Of a DNA stretch of 62,389 nucleotides, positions 50,280 through 62,389 are shown in pieces. Source of the stretch: Toensbergia leucococca. Its lineage: Eukaryota. A model generated the notes under the pieces. The model was given only the letters and a program-made list of their open reading frames with translations, was not told where the DNA came from and made no database searches. The stretch is from NCBI GenBank assembly GCA_022813965.1, contig JALDZS010000146.1, positions 1 through 62,389 on the forward strand, given 5' to 3'. A program made the translations under genes and the position numbers. Each line of letters starts with the position of its first letter. The stretch's first letter is position 1.

Positions 50280-51051
50280 GTTCTGTTTCCCTTTTGTCTG
50301 ATTCCATAGCTGAAATGAGCGGAGGTTTCCTATGATGGCCGTTTCCCAGGCTTGGTTGTTCCCACATTACACATCCCCCTGCTGGCCGTTCCACAGGCAA
50401 AAGCACCTCAAAACACCCCAAGCATGTACGCTTGACCGCCCGAGTCTTCAAATCGTCGGAAACTTGTATCCATTTGTACTCTTTCTCTTTTGCCCGATAC
50501 AAGTACTAGCTTCATAAAGGCTGAGCGGCACGTGCTCCTTTCTTTAATTTATTCACTGGGGAAGGAGGGAGGGGTGTCATGCTGGCGATCGAGTCATTGA
50601 CTTTGATATGCTGTTGTAATTCGATACCCTGTTTTTTTTCGGGGATGTGGATGAGATATGTTTTTCTTCGTGTCAGCTTTAGAGGTGTTTGTAGGTTGCA
50701 GTGTATTATCTACGTTTGGCGTCGTGTTTTCCAATCAAGCCGTGGTCCTGAAACGTCGTTCATGAATCAGTCTACGGGTGTCAATTGTGCTTTGATATCT
50801 ACGCTATTTCACCTCCTTTCGTGGCCTACTCGATGCAACGAGCTTGAGTGGATTCCTCCTACGTGTGATCTTTATACTGCATCTTGAAAGAATCTTGCTA
50901 TCCAGGTCGAAGTTGTCGTGTCGCAGCCCAAGAAAGCGGCCTCGCCGTGGCTTTACCCATAGTAGCGGAAGAGCCGTCTCAATTCCAAAAATTGCCCTTG
51001 CCATGTACAACACCGAGCCACCATCAACTAAGCCCTTGACCAACCCCATCC

Positions 51052-51933
51052 TCAAAATCTCAACTTGGGCATCAATACCATGATCGAAATCGCCACCAAC
51101 CACAATCCCGCAATCCACGCATACAGCATCATCCTGCCCCACCAGCCCTTCCCTTCACTCATCCGCCTCAGCATTCCCATCCGCTTTCCTGCCGCTTCCA
51201 TGCCCCCCACATTGCGATCCAGGCCTTCCGTCGCGCGGGATACGACTTCTTTGTCGGCTTCGATTCCTTTTGCCAGGGCGAGTTGGTTGGCTTTCAGTTG
51301 TTGAGCGAGGGTAAGGATGTTGGTTGTCAGGTGGGCTTGTTGGGCGGAGTCGTTTACTAGAAGGGTGAGTGTTGATGGGGTAGGGGCGGCGGGATTCTTG
51401 TGGCGGTTGCGGAGGGTGGAGGTTGTGGATGTGGGGTGTTCTTCTTTTCGGCGGTCGAGGGATGGGGATGTGGGCGTTGGTGTGGGTTCTTGGGTTGTGG
51501 GGTTGATGTCGCCTAGTAGGTCTTCTTCTTCGGAGGCATCGGAGTAGGTGCCGTCGTCTAGCTGGTCGAGCTCTTGAAGGCGGGTGGTGAGTCGCTTGAT
51601 CAGGGAGCGTTGGTGTTGAAGGGCGCTTTGGGCGGCTTGTTTGCGGGATTGGATTTTTAGGGTCGAGGTGCTGTGTTCGAGGCTGAGGAGGAGGGTGCGG
51701 GCGTATTCGACGTTCTAGGAGGGAAATAGATGCTATTAGTGGCGTTTTTTTCGGCTGCTTTGGAGGGAGGGAGAAGGTTTTACGGCGAGGGTTTTGGTGC
51801 GCTCGTAGGGGTTGTGGTTGAGAAGCGGGGAGGGGGTGATTAGGATCTTTTGTTCTAGCCTGGTGAGGACACGGGTGAGGTTTATGGATATTACTTCGGG
51901 AGAATCAGTCTTTGGCGGCATGGTTCGTGCCAT
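51052..51933 (-). CDS. USE1: Use1-like ER SNARE with C-terminal transmembrane anchor; 1 intron
   Basis: INLTRVLTRLE, NVEYARTLLL, coiled coil LAQQLK...GLDRN..MEAAGKRMG, then a TM segment ending PKLRF*. Confidence 0.75.
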
Positions 51934-54900
51934 TCCTGAATGTATCAAGCTGAGGGAATTCGTGTTCACTTTGAAATTGCTCGGGAAGACATACGTCATT
52001 TGCCAATATTCTATCCGTAGGGTTGAAGAGCCTCCATGGTTTAGGCGATTTCGGCCCACAGATTTTCTTCTCCCTTTCCAACCGTTGTCATTTGCATTTC
52101 GACTCCATTCGAGATCCAAAATCTAGGCATAACCTTGTGAAGAGCTCCACTGTGACCTTCTGGTGGTTAGGAAGCGTCTACATACCTACCATTCTCGTGT
52201 TGCTAGACTGAAATGAGCTCTCTACTGTCTCAAAGTCGCCCGTTGCTGGCATAGATCTGGCATAGCTTTCCAATAGTCTGACGGCCGCTTTTTCAGAGCT
52301 CGTTAGGTAGGCTGGGCACTCATTGCACCTATGCTATTTATATCTCATGCTGGCGCATACTTGGGCTTGGTCTCCTTACGTCTACAAGTAATTCATGGAT
52401 TCAATCAAAGCGCCTTTACTCACTTGACAGCCTGAGACCTGTGGGGCAGTTCGAGCATACTGGTACAGCAAAGATATCTCGCCATGGTCTCAAGGCACTA
52501 TCTTTTGTGTAATCCGGGGATCTAATGGGTGAGTCTCAGAGATGGCAGCCGAAGATAATGACCAAAGATATGGTACAACAGCTTGGTAGTAAGTTCTCAC
52601 TGCTCCCTTACGGTCTGTTTTGCCATACACTCCTCCTTGTTTTATGTTTCGTTGATTCCATGATGATCCAACCAAAAAGCATAGTTCAGCTGATGGTTTT
52701 CGAACCAGATGAACGAAGAAAATGAAATCATCTTTCGCTCCTATCTGAGAATCACGTATTTCTAAATATTTCAAGGCTCAATGTTCAATGTCTAGAATCT
52801 TCAACTACTCACTGACATGTGCTTGACTACAGTGCAGCTCTTAAAGGGCGATAGAGTGCAGAGTCGACCTCAGTGGTTCCCATCATTAGTCACCTATTTC
52901 GACAAGTAACATGCAAGAAAATCCATGATTATTTGAATCATGCAACAAGCATTGCACCAAGTTTAGAGCACGACCACCACAGCTCGCATAATGCATGGGG
53001 TTTGGTACTCGATGAGTTGATGATGGTAAGAAGGTGAGCCGAAGGCGGCAAAAATCAGCCTATTGACTATTTTCTCCTTGCTCCATGCCTTGGAGTATGG
53101 GACTTGTGACTCGAGCTGTGGAGTGTCTTTTGTGCTATAGGGTGCATGTGTTTCGAGTCATCATAGGGAAGGAGTGTACATACACTTTTGAGAGTTCCTT
53201 TTAGTGTGATGGTGAAGCCTCATTTATTGGAGAATGCATCCTCCACAAGAAAGACGCAGTGATAAGGGTGCATTGATTCAAGCTAACGCGCGGTGATATG
53301 GAAAGCAAGTTCATCTGGTGCATACCCGCCTTGCGTGGGTATCAAGCATACTGCCGACCATACCAAGAAGGCTCGGAGCGACGGAAAGACTCTCAGGCCC
53401 CCCAGAGGTTGGACGAATCGCAAGCTTCAGACAAGTACGAAGATCATCGATTGCACTACACCCCCCGCAAGTGAGTCTTCCCAGATCTGCCTACCAGTCA
53501 AGGCAAACCAGTAGTAAAGCAGCTTTGATCAGCAAGTAGTGTGTCTCAAGTGATTATGTCAGTACATTCTTGTAAGGTAGAGGACTGCTGCAGAGAGGAT
53601 TGTGCTAGTGAACGAGCAAGCGCTCTATCCATGGCAGAGCAGTATCTGTCCACAGGTAATAAGTCATCAAACAGGCTTCGCACAGTGTCCATGGTAACAC
53701 TCCAGTATCTCGCGTGGGATAAGAGCTTGATTGGATGTGGGGTTTTTGGTGACTTCCTGCAGCTTAAGCTTTTCTTCCTAATTATGGCCCTTTCAGGAAA
53801 CCAAGTCTGACGTGTCAAGCTTCAGACCAGAAGGACGGGCGCAGACGAGGGTTCTAGCGGCTAGTGGTATTGAGTGGTGAGACAAACTTCGGTGAGATCT
53901 CCTGCTGATTCGACGGCTGCATGGACAATCACATCATTATTGGCTACGATGCGTTGTCGCTGTTGCATGCGGCTGCATGGCACACTCATGGGACGGCCCA
54001 CTTCCACTGATAACGAATGCGCCGTGCTTTCCCCCACTCGGCTTTCCGTTGCTCTGTTGTCGCTGTCACATAAGTCGCCTGATTCCCTCGCCCAAGTCAT
54101 TTGCCCTCTTTACTTTCCTCTGCACCATTGTTCTTGCAAACTCGACGTACTTTTTGGCTCATTGTATATCGAGATCTTCATTTTCGAGAATTCTACAAGA
54201 AACTTCAAAGATTCTAACCACCGCTTGGAATATATATTTATTCCATCTCCATAAGGTGAAGCCATCCACTAGGCCATTGGGACTATTAAGCTTGTCACTG
54301 CAATCCGCATACAGCTCTGGATACAATGAGCACCCGCTCCCGGCCTCATGAAAACAAATTGAGGTATTACCCTTTAATTCTTTGCAACGCGCTGTTGGCT
54401 TTTCTCCTTGTCCGTTTTGACTTTTCTTTCTCCTCTCTGTTATTTGCTCCGAGGAGTCCACTACCTTCCTGGACTTGGAACTCTTTGAGGAGACTATGGA
54501 TGTAATGAAAGGTGCATTACGCATCTAGGTTGCGCATTATTCCCTCGGGTATCTTGCTGCTTCCTTCACCCGTCTCTTGTTAGCCCCAAATTCGTCTCGA
54601 AAGGATCCAGGTGAAACTCGGACAACCTGCCACGAGGATTACTGACCCCCCATCAGACGTTAGAAAAAGGTAGTATCTGATGATTTCAGACTTCCCTGCC
54701 CGGCCTGGTTCTGCTTCGGATGGGTACCAAATCCTCGATCGTTGGCTTCAAAGTCACATCGATACAGGACACTTAGGATGCCACATGATGACAAGCTACC
54801 TTTTGGCCAGGCGTTTACCGAATGGTTCCAACAAATGATCTTTCGGGGCGTGGGTCTTGCCTCATAGTCCAAAGGACTAGACATGAATACCTGTGGGTAG

Positions 54901-55476
54901 GACTAAGTAAGACCTACGCTATTGCATAGGATCCCCAAATTGTCGAGGTTTGTAAGCCGTCTACTCACCTAGGTCTTCAAGTAAGGTATTGGTGCCGGAA
55001 ACCTCCTTGTGGCCTCACTCCGCAGTTTAGATCATCCTCGGCCACTGGAAAGGGGATTTCTACGCGAAAAACCTGGTACCGTGTCTCTTCAAGGCTGAAA
55101 GTATGGATTCACGATAAATTCCGCATAGCTCAAACTCACATTTGAATGACCTTCCCGGAGCCTGAGCAAATATGATACTATGCCTCCGCGGTGATTTTTG
55201 ACTCTTTATTCTTGGATCAAAGGACTTCGTCGCTATGCTATGTGGCCATTATACTACGGGTCATTTCTAGTGCGTAAACACTATGCTTCTGTTCAAGATA
55301 CAATGCTGACATCGACCGAGTAGATTTTTTCTCAATCTGTTGTCTTTTATTGAGTTCGCATATGCACCGTCGTGTTCTTGCTTTGCTAAAATCACATCGT
55401 CCATTTACGTATACTAACCCGTTGTATTAGCTATCGCAATAACATCGCCACTTCAACAAAAGGACAGCCGTCTGGA

Positions 55477-57460
55477 ATGGCCGTAAAGAAGAACAATCCT
55501 TTTACAGGGGTCTGTCCGAATGACAGTACCTCAAGTAAACAACGAGTGAAGATGATAAACTTGCCAAGAAGACAGGATAGCCCAGAATTACTCCATGGAT
55601 CTACCCAGGACAGGCTTGTCTCATTTCCACATGGATGCCACATGATGAGTTCGGATAACAGTACGTTCTTTGACTCAGTACAGGTCCAGCAGTGGGCTGT
55701 CAACAGTGCTACTGGTCCCCCAAATTTTGGCGAAAGTCTCGATGATTGCTATCCTATTGCTAGCCAGGCGAATGATCTATCCACAACTGGAGCAGAATTT
55801 CAAGTTTCCGGGTCTTTCTCTTCTCCGCGTTCCCTTATTTTTCATGTTTGTTTGCCGCATTCTACCCGGACATCTGTTACTAGCGGACAAGAGATATTAT
55901 GTGATCGTCTATGCCCAGCCGGTGCTGGAGTTGTCGACTCTGACGCAGACCTCTATCTTGGCTTGCGCCGTGGATCAGATTTTGAGACTAATGTGACCTT
56001 TCCGAGGGAAGACTGTAGCCACGATATTTGGTCAGATGGAAACAGCCAGTCGTATCCTACGCCAGCTACTGATGATATGAACTACTCTAATTATACAGCT
56101 CTGCATCCATTGGCTTCTGATGACCCCAACGAAGAGCCTGAAGTCCGTTCTTTCTGGCCCATGATACCTTCCCAGTCAGGCGATGAGATGCAAGATGGGA
56201 CAATGCCATGTGGTACATATCCTGTGACCTGGTCTCCATTGTCGGCCGTTGGAATTGAGCCTGCCGTGTCATCTTCGTACTCGCACAGCAACTTTCTGGC
56301 TCAACAACCAACTACGCCAATATCCTCTACCAGAGAAGACCGTTGGTCATCTGACCAAACCAGAATCGAAAGTTACGATGATGGGCCATCGCCGACATTT
56401 GGCCTTCCTGAAGTTATGCGAATCCCGTCTCCTGCGGATTATGTTGATGGACAAATTGATTTGTCAAGGTTGGTTTCTGTTGTGAATGATCCCCTGGATA
56501 ATCTGACAAGCGTTACAGTACTTTGAGGCCGGCTCCAGTGTTCCAACGAGCCCCCCTTTCGAGCATTGATTTATGGTCCCAGTCCGAAGCTGCTCCTGCT
56601 TTCATGGCTCCTTCTTATGTTGATGTGCCTTGGCAAAGACGTCCTAGTCATGAAGGCGAACCGACTACGGCACGTGAACATAAGCTTTACCAGATTGGCC
56701 CACAGGATGACGGCTTGTACCACTGTCCCTTCGCCGGCAAGGAATGCTCCCACAAGCCGGAAAAGCTAAAATGCAATTACGAGTGAGATATCTAAAGAAA
56801 AGCAATGATTTGAAGAAACTAATGAAGACAACCAGTAAACACCTGGACTCTCATCTGAAGCCCTATCGCTGCAAGGTCCATTCCTGCGTCGCTGTGCCAT
56901 TCTCATCTACCGCATGCTTACTACGGCATGAGAGGGAAGCTCATGGTATGCACGGTCACGGCGAAAAGCCGCATTTGTGTTCCTATGAAGACTGTGACCG
57001 CTCCGTACCTGGCAATGGCTTCCCACGCCGATGGAATTTGTTTGACCATATGAAGAGGGTCCACGCCTACTCTGGACCTCCGTCGTCTAATGGCAGCCTT
57101 TCCCCAACGCCATCGTCGGCCAGCTCGCACAACCAAGGGACAGCCACCTTAGCATTTCGGAAGCGGAGAACGTCTAGCACTTCGTTGGTAGATGCACCTA
57201 AGAGGGTGAAGTCGACGACTGGTACGAAACCATTAACCAAGGTACCCAAAGGTCTGGCGCCATCAATCTCTCAAGGGAGGCAACGCCAATCCATGCAGAA
57301 GTTGTGGCAAGAGCAGAAGGCGGCCATCAAAAATCGACTAGACTACCTAGATCCGAGTGATATTTCCGGCTCGGAACAGATCAGCGCAGACTATGCTATC
57401 CTGCACACCATTGGTATTAACATCCGTCGTCAGGAGGCAGGCCAACTTGCTGATGAGTGA
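55477..57460 (+). CDS. C2H2 zinc-finger transcription factor; 2 coding introns; start codon uncertain
   Basis: DGLYHCPF..C.HKPEKLKCNYD/KHLDSHLKPYRC...LLRHEREAH...HLC..DC...GFPRRWNLFDHMKRVH. Confidence 0.88.
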
Positions 57461-59051
57461 TTTTCGCGTTTCCCAGAGGCCTACAGAACTGCAAGGAGTA
57501 TGTACCATGTTTGATACAAATTATCTAGACCAGAGATGAAATACACTGGGAAGTCGCAGTTCACAGGATGCGCATCATGACAATCCGTCATGGTTTCTTT
57601 TTCTTGTTGCTAAAACACCTTGGCGCGGCTGTTTCAAATCTTTCCGGGAGTTGTTGCCATGGTTTTCCCGATGAAAGGACCCCAGGACCCCATCATGGAG
57701 ACCGTTCGATGACCTTATAGGATACCTCTTTATGTGGAAGAAAAGGGCACTTTTCCCGCCAGGATGTTGTATTTAGTATGGCCGGACCAAGGGAGGCAGT
57801 TTTATTTGGGAGAAAAAAGGCACCATTGGGATAAAAAGCTTTCCCGCTTGGACAAGTTTTATCTACCTTGGATTGGCGGAATATTTTGAAAATTTATGAT
57901 TTTGTTTTTCAGAACGCGATGTCGTGACTTTTTCTGTCTTTTTTGCCTGTTGCTTTTACCGCTGTGAATGATTGACTGGCTTGCTACTTTATGTTTATGT
58001 GATTCGAGGGGTTTAATTGGTGTGTGGTATATGAGCGTGCTGTGTGTGTGTGTGTGTGAGATACTATTATACATATATGGCCAGATGAATAAAAGCTTTT
58101 TTATCCAAGACCTTTTTTTTTTTTTTAAAAAAAAAAAACAACTCCGTGCTCAATAGTAGACTAAATTGTCGAGTTACGCTACGTTTTTGAGCATTCTGAC
58201 CCGTTTTGGAATAAAAGAATAGGTTTTCTTTTGTCTCCAATTGTTTGAGGATCTTGGTCGTTTTTCTTTTGTAGGTGGCGGTAAGGAGTCTTGTGCGTCT
58301 TTTTTTTTTCCTAAAGTGCGTATGCGGTTTTCGATATCTAAGGTAGGTATGGCAAGAATGGAACGGGTATCTATAAATATGGCTTTAGTGGAAGGTGGGA
58401 GAAATAGTAACTGGGAAGGATCGGTGCGTGTAGTTTTGTCTCATTGAATAATGAGGCGGCAGGATCGATTGATTTGATTTGATTGATTTGGTTGATTTTG
58501 GTAAATTGACACATCTGGGATCAATAAACAGATATACATGCGCGAACCGCTCCAGTCGCGTAGCCCTCGTTTCGGTGACATGATTGCCCCCGGGGGCGTA
58601 GTGGGGGAGGGGTGGGTGACTTGTTTTTGCGAATAGGTTTATCTTGGTGGGTGGGTGGGGAGGGGAATTAAGGAAGAAGGATGCGGAGGTGGAAGTTGCG
58701 AGTTTATACACTTTGAGATGGGGGGTTCAGGCGTTATTTTTGTGGTGCTTTTATTGTGATTTGTTGGGGGCTTGAGTTGGATGCGTGGGTGGGTTGTGGA
58801 GGGTGGGTGTTGGGCAGGCTGGTGTTTCTTTTTGGGACACTATCTCGAGGTTCTGACCGTAGGGTTTACTCCCTCGATGAGGGCAGTTCTGGGAGGGATT
58901 CTCGATTTTTGACCGTTGGGGAGTTACTCTAGAGTTCTATTGACTTGATTGCTATCTCGACGAGTTGCCCCCTCGACGAGTTGCTCCCCCCCTGGGAAAA
59001 GCTCGTCGATTTCTGGGCGTCAGGGGAGGACATTCTCTGACGATTGCTTTG

Positions 59052-60420
59052 TCAACGAATGCTTTGCATAGGAAGATCCTCGATTCTGACATCAGGGACT
59101 AGTTTCTCAATGGGAGGTTTGTCATTCTCGTGCCCTTCAATTACTATACTAGAGCAACGAGGCCTGCTTGAGTAACTCCCCTCCGTCCGCAAGTTTGGGA
59201 AGCTACCATATGGGTGTTCTCTGGTCAGCGAACGCAACGGCCAGAACCCATCAGAGGCCTTCCGTATCCAATCTTGAAGTTCAGTGCTCCCATGAAAATG
59301 GCTTATCCCAAGCGGTGATAGTCCATCCTTGGCCAAGGCGTGGGCATTTGCACCATGCTCCAACAACAAAAATACAGCTTCAGCCGGGCCCTGTCCGCCG
59401 CAAAGTGCAAAGCCGATGACCTTTTTATTTGGATCTCTGGATTGGTCGTTGCACGTTCCTCGAAATGTAGCTTCAGAGTACTGGTCCAACCATTTTGCGC
59501 TGCTACGATAAGGGCCGTCAAACCGTTCTTATCAGTAGCTTCGATGTCGGCTTGGTTATTGAGCAGAAATCGCACTGCTTTCTGATCGCCCTGGCCCGCC
59601 GCATGGTAAATAATTGTTCGTCCTTGCTTACCACGTATATTCCATTTTGTAGTCTCAAGAGGGGCAGAAGGTTTTTTTGCACTCAGCTGTCATGTAGGAG
59701 ACTTTTCGAAGCCATTTCTTGACCGACGTGATATCTCCAGATCTGGCTGCGCCATAGAGTCAATTCTCAAGAGCACGTAGGTCTACAATTCTTTTTTGAC
59801 GGTCTCGTTGGTGAGGCTGTCAACTGGAAGGCTCAGTCAGAAGCACTGGTTTTCGACAAGGTCGATTCAGCATATGCGAAACATATGCGACTCCTTAGCA
59901 CCGCACATCCCCATTGGTCAGCTCAAGCTCTGAAGGAGCTTGGAAGCGGAGAGAACTCTTATGTGTATGCTTGGTTCGGAGTGTTCTTTCTTGTCTTTCA
60001 GATGGCCTGCCGTTGACTCATCTGAAAGGTCTCGTCGATCATTGGTTGAGACATTGCCTGCGGCAAGTTGGAGCACGGCTTTTCGGCCAAAGGTGGCTGA
60101 AGCCTTGATGTCGCACTCTGCTCGCCAAGTTCATTGGGCCGGAGAGATACCTTCCCACTAAGCCGCGGAGGTAGCTCAGACAGCGCATACTCACTGAGAG
60201 CCTAGAGATTGAGGGTGTCTTGGGCTTGACCAGCGAAAGCACAAGGCTGTTTGTTTCCACATATGGCTCTGTGCGAACGGAAGTCGTCTTCGTCCCAGCC
60301 AGTCACACCTCCTCTAACATCGAAAATGGCGTTCGCACCTGTCTCGAAATTACAATGGTGGGCTTTAAACCATCTTTCCGCCACTCCAAGCGGAACATGA
60401 CATATTCATGCTAACCTGGG
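59052..60420 (-). pseudogene. Ankyrin-repeat pseudogene
   Basis: Ankyrin motifs (GRTIIYHAA..G...AVRFLL..ADIEATDKNGLTALIVAA; SALHFAA / AVFLLLEHGAN...DGLSPL) split by frameshifts near 59675 and 59395, with upstream stops. Confidence 0.75.
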
Positions 60421-60828
60421 AGGTAGTGTTCTTTTCTATGACAGCCCGAGCAAGAGCACATTGACCAAAGGGTTTTGTGCTCGCTCAAAACTGCAAAAGC
60501 GGACAAATGCTAAAGCAGTCTCCGAAGAAGCACGAGATCATCAGGGAAGTGTATTGAAAAATATCTAAGAAACTAAAGGGCTTAGACTATATCAAAGAAT
60601 TCAGTTAAAGATTGGTTGTCTCTCAATTCGAACAGCCTTGTGAGGGCATGCTCATGATGTCAAGTCTTGGGTGTTAGTGAGAATCTCGCCTTCCATGATA
60701 ATGTGACGGAGTTCTCCTTACCGTCGCCACCGTCACCATCTTCGCTGGTGGCCTCACCACAGCCACGCAGTTATTCTTTCGCCTGTTTGCCAAGGGCGTG
60801 ATGAAACTAAGCTGAGGTCTCCAGATCT

Positions 60829-62094
60829 TCAAGTCACCCAATCATAATCCGGAAGGCCGTACTTATCAGTACCGGCGGCGGAACCACCGAATAATTTCTG
60901 AGCATATTCAAGGATGTTAGTCCAAGCAATGAAAGCGAAGATATTGTTCCGCAGCCATATTCCCCAAGCCGTCTGCGGCGCAAGGATGCTGGAAACCATT
61001 GGCGGAATCTTCTGCATGTCATCGATGATGGGTCTCATTCGCTCCTCATAGCTCTTGAGCCCTGCTGCGAGATCGCCTTTGTGTTTTCCAAGCTCACCCG
61101 CCAATACATAGGCGCCGGTCATGGCGAGGGTTGTGCCTGTACCAGTAGGACCCGGTGCGTATCCTGCATCACCGACAAGGACAAAACGTCTTTTATGCAA
61201 GCTAGGAGCTTTGACCTGAACCATTTCACTTGCGTAAAAGTCGCTTGAGTTCATCATGGCCGCCAAGACCTCCTCTGTCTTCCAGCCAGCGCCCTTGTAG
61301 TATTGAGCAACGAAGCGTTTGAGCGATTCTTCCCCCTGCTCCATGGCCTCGCGAAACGGAAGGGTTACGTCGCGTTTGTCACGTGGATGAATGCTCATCA
61401 GGATAACTCGATTTCCCCCTGCTGGGTCATTATGAATAGCAAGAAAGCGTCCCCCAACGGCGCTGAATCCATGACTCACGTTACTTCCTTTGATGAGATC
61501 CTGTTCAATGGAGAAATAAGCCGCCCAGGAGTTGACAGAGTCGACGTAGTCTCGGACACTGCCGCCAAAACCCATAACTCGAGTTCTTGAGGTCGCGCCG
61601 TCACAAGCAACAACAAGATCGTATTCTGAAGTTGTTAAGCCGTTCGCGAACTCAACCTTGATAGGTTCATCATAATTTTCATTCTGTTGCATTGACGCGA
61701 TTTGCTCGCCGAAAACATACTGAACATTCTCATTGTCCTTGCTCAGATCAAATAGAACCTGTGCTAGATCACCGCGAAAGATCTCATATTCAGAGACAAG
61801 GGACTGCTGATCAGGATTTCCAGTTGGTCTGATTGTCCCATAAGATCGGTCATCATCGTGAACAAAGCTCATTCCCTCCAACTGCGTCGTTTTGGCTCGC
61901 ACGGCAGCTTCCATTCCTGGGATCTTTCGCATTACAGTGACGCCAGTAGTGCGAATGTCAATTCCTTGTCCGTTGGTGCGTAGTCTTGGGAAGCGTTCGA
62001 TGACAGTGACACGTGCTCCGCTTCTGGCGAGCCAGTAAGCCGCCATAGGACCCGCGATCGATGCGCCCACGACGAGCACCCTTAGTTGCGACAT
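60829..62094 (-). CDS. FAD-dependent monooxygenase / oxidoreductase, intronless
   Basis: VLVVGASIAG Rossmann motif, DLVVACDG and VLVGDAGY. Confidence 0.9.
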   Translation of the reverse strand: MSQLRVLVVGASIAGPMAAYWLARSGARVTVIERFPRLRTNGQGIDIRTTGVTVMRKIPGMEAAVRAKTTQLEGMSFVHDDDRSYGTIRPTGNPDQQSLVSEYEIFRGDLAQVLFDLSKDNENVQYVFGEQIASMQQNENYDEPIKVEFANGLTTSEYDLVVACDGATSRTRVMGFGGSVRDYVDSVNSWAAYFSIEQDLIKGSNVSHGFSAVGGRFLAIHNDPAGGNRVILMSIHPRDKRDVTLPFREAMEQGEESLKRFVAQYYKGAGWKTEEVLAAMMNSSDFYASEMVQVKAPSLHKRRFVLVGDAGYAPGPTGTGTTLAMTGAYVLAGELGKHKGDLAAGLKSYEERMRPIIDDMQKIPPMVSSILAPQTAWGIWLRNNIFAFIAWTNILEYAQKLFGGSAAGTDKYGLPDYDWVT

Positions 62095-62389
62095 TGTGAT
62101 CAACCCGTTCTGATGCGGAAGAAACGGCTTAAGGGTTGAGCTGTAGAGTGGGTCTTATGTGGTACAGTATTCTGTGGTTGAGACTCAATTCAATATCTTG
62201 GTGGGCCTGTTATAACTATGGCACACGATATAGAATAGTATAGAGAAGGGAGACAAGTTCACCATATAATAGATGGTGAATGGGGGCCGTAAAGACATTC
62301 AGATACCTAGCCTGAAGTCATGATGTAGCTAGGCTTTCGGACTCTGCTCACAGCTTCAAGTCCGCGAGACTTGCAACTCCAATCCTACC

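Noticed and set aside
53293..54524. Several 70-126 aa ORFs
   Set aside because: Overlapping on both strands with no domain signal; more likely promoter or leader of the C2H2 gene.
58840..59010. Short local duplications (CTCGACGAGTTGC x2; TGACCGT...TTACT x2)
   Set aside because: Small slippage-type repeats with no element ends or other support.

Overview
Eukaryotic DNA from a filamentous ascomycete (Pezizomycotina). Genes carry short GT-AG introns with CTRAC-type branch sites; a lichen-forming Lecanoromycete is plausible but is only my inference. About 20 intact genes are readable: a DUF2235/Tle1-like hydrolase divergent from a PpoC-type linoleate dioxygenase-P450 fusion, two small secreted Cys-rich proteins, CDC14, PCC1, PEX4, RRD2, RRP46, an NAD kinase, an SrpA-like mini-catalase, GGPP synthase, an Smr-domain protein with a CaaX box, group I G-alpha, a USE1-like SNARE, a C2H2 transcription factor, an FAD monooxygenase and three conserved hypotheticals. 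The first ~5.5 kb is decayed coding sequence with several nested tandem duplications, and an ankyrin pseudogene lies near the right end. The best candidate for an undescribed system is the head-to-head lipase-like hydrolase / oxylipin dioxygenase pair. Other points of interest are an atypical G-alpha C-terminus, an over-represented TACGGAGTA element and strong G/C-skew switch regions. I found no tRNA, rRNA, CRISPR array or intact transposon. Exon boundaries were read by eye and no searches were run.
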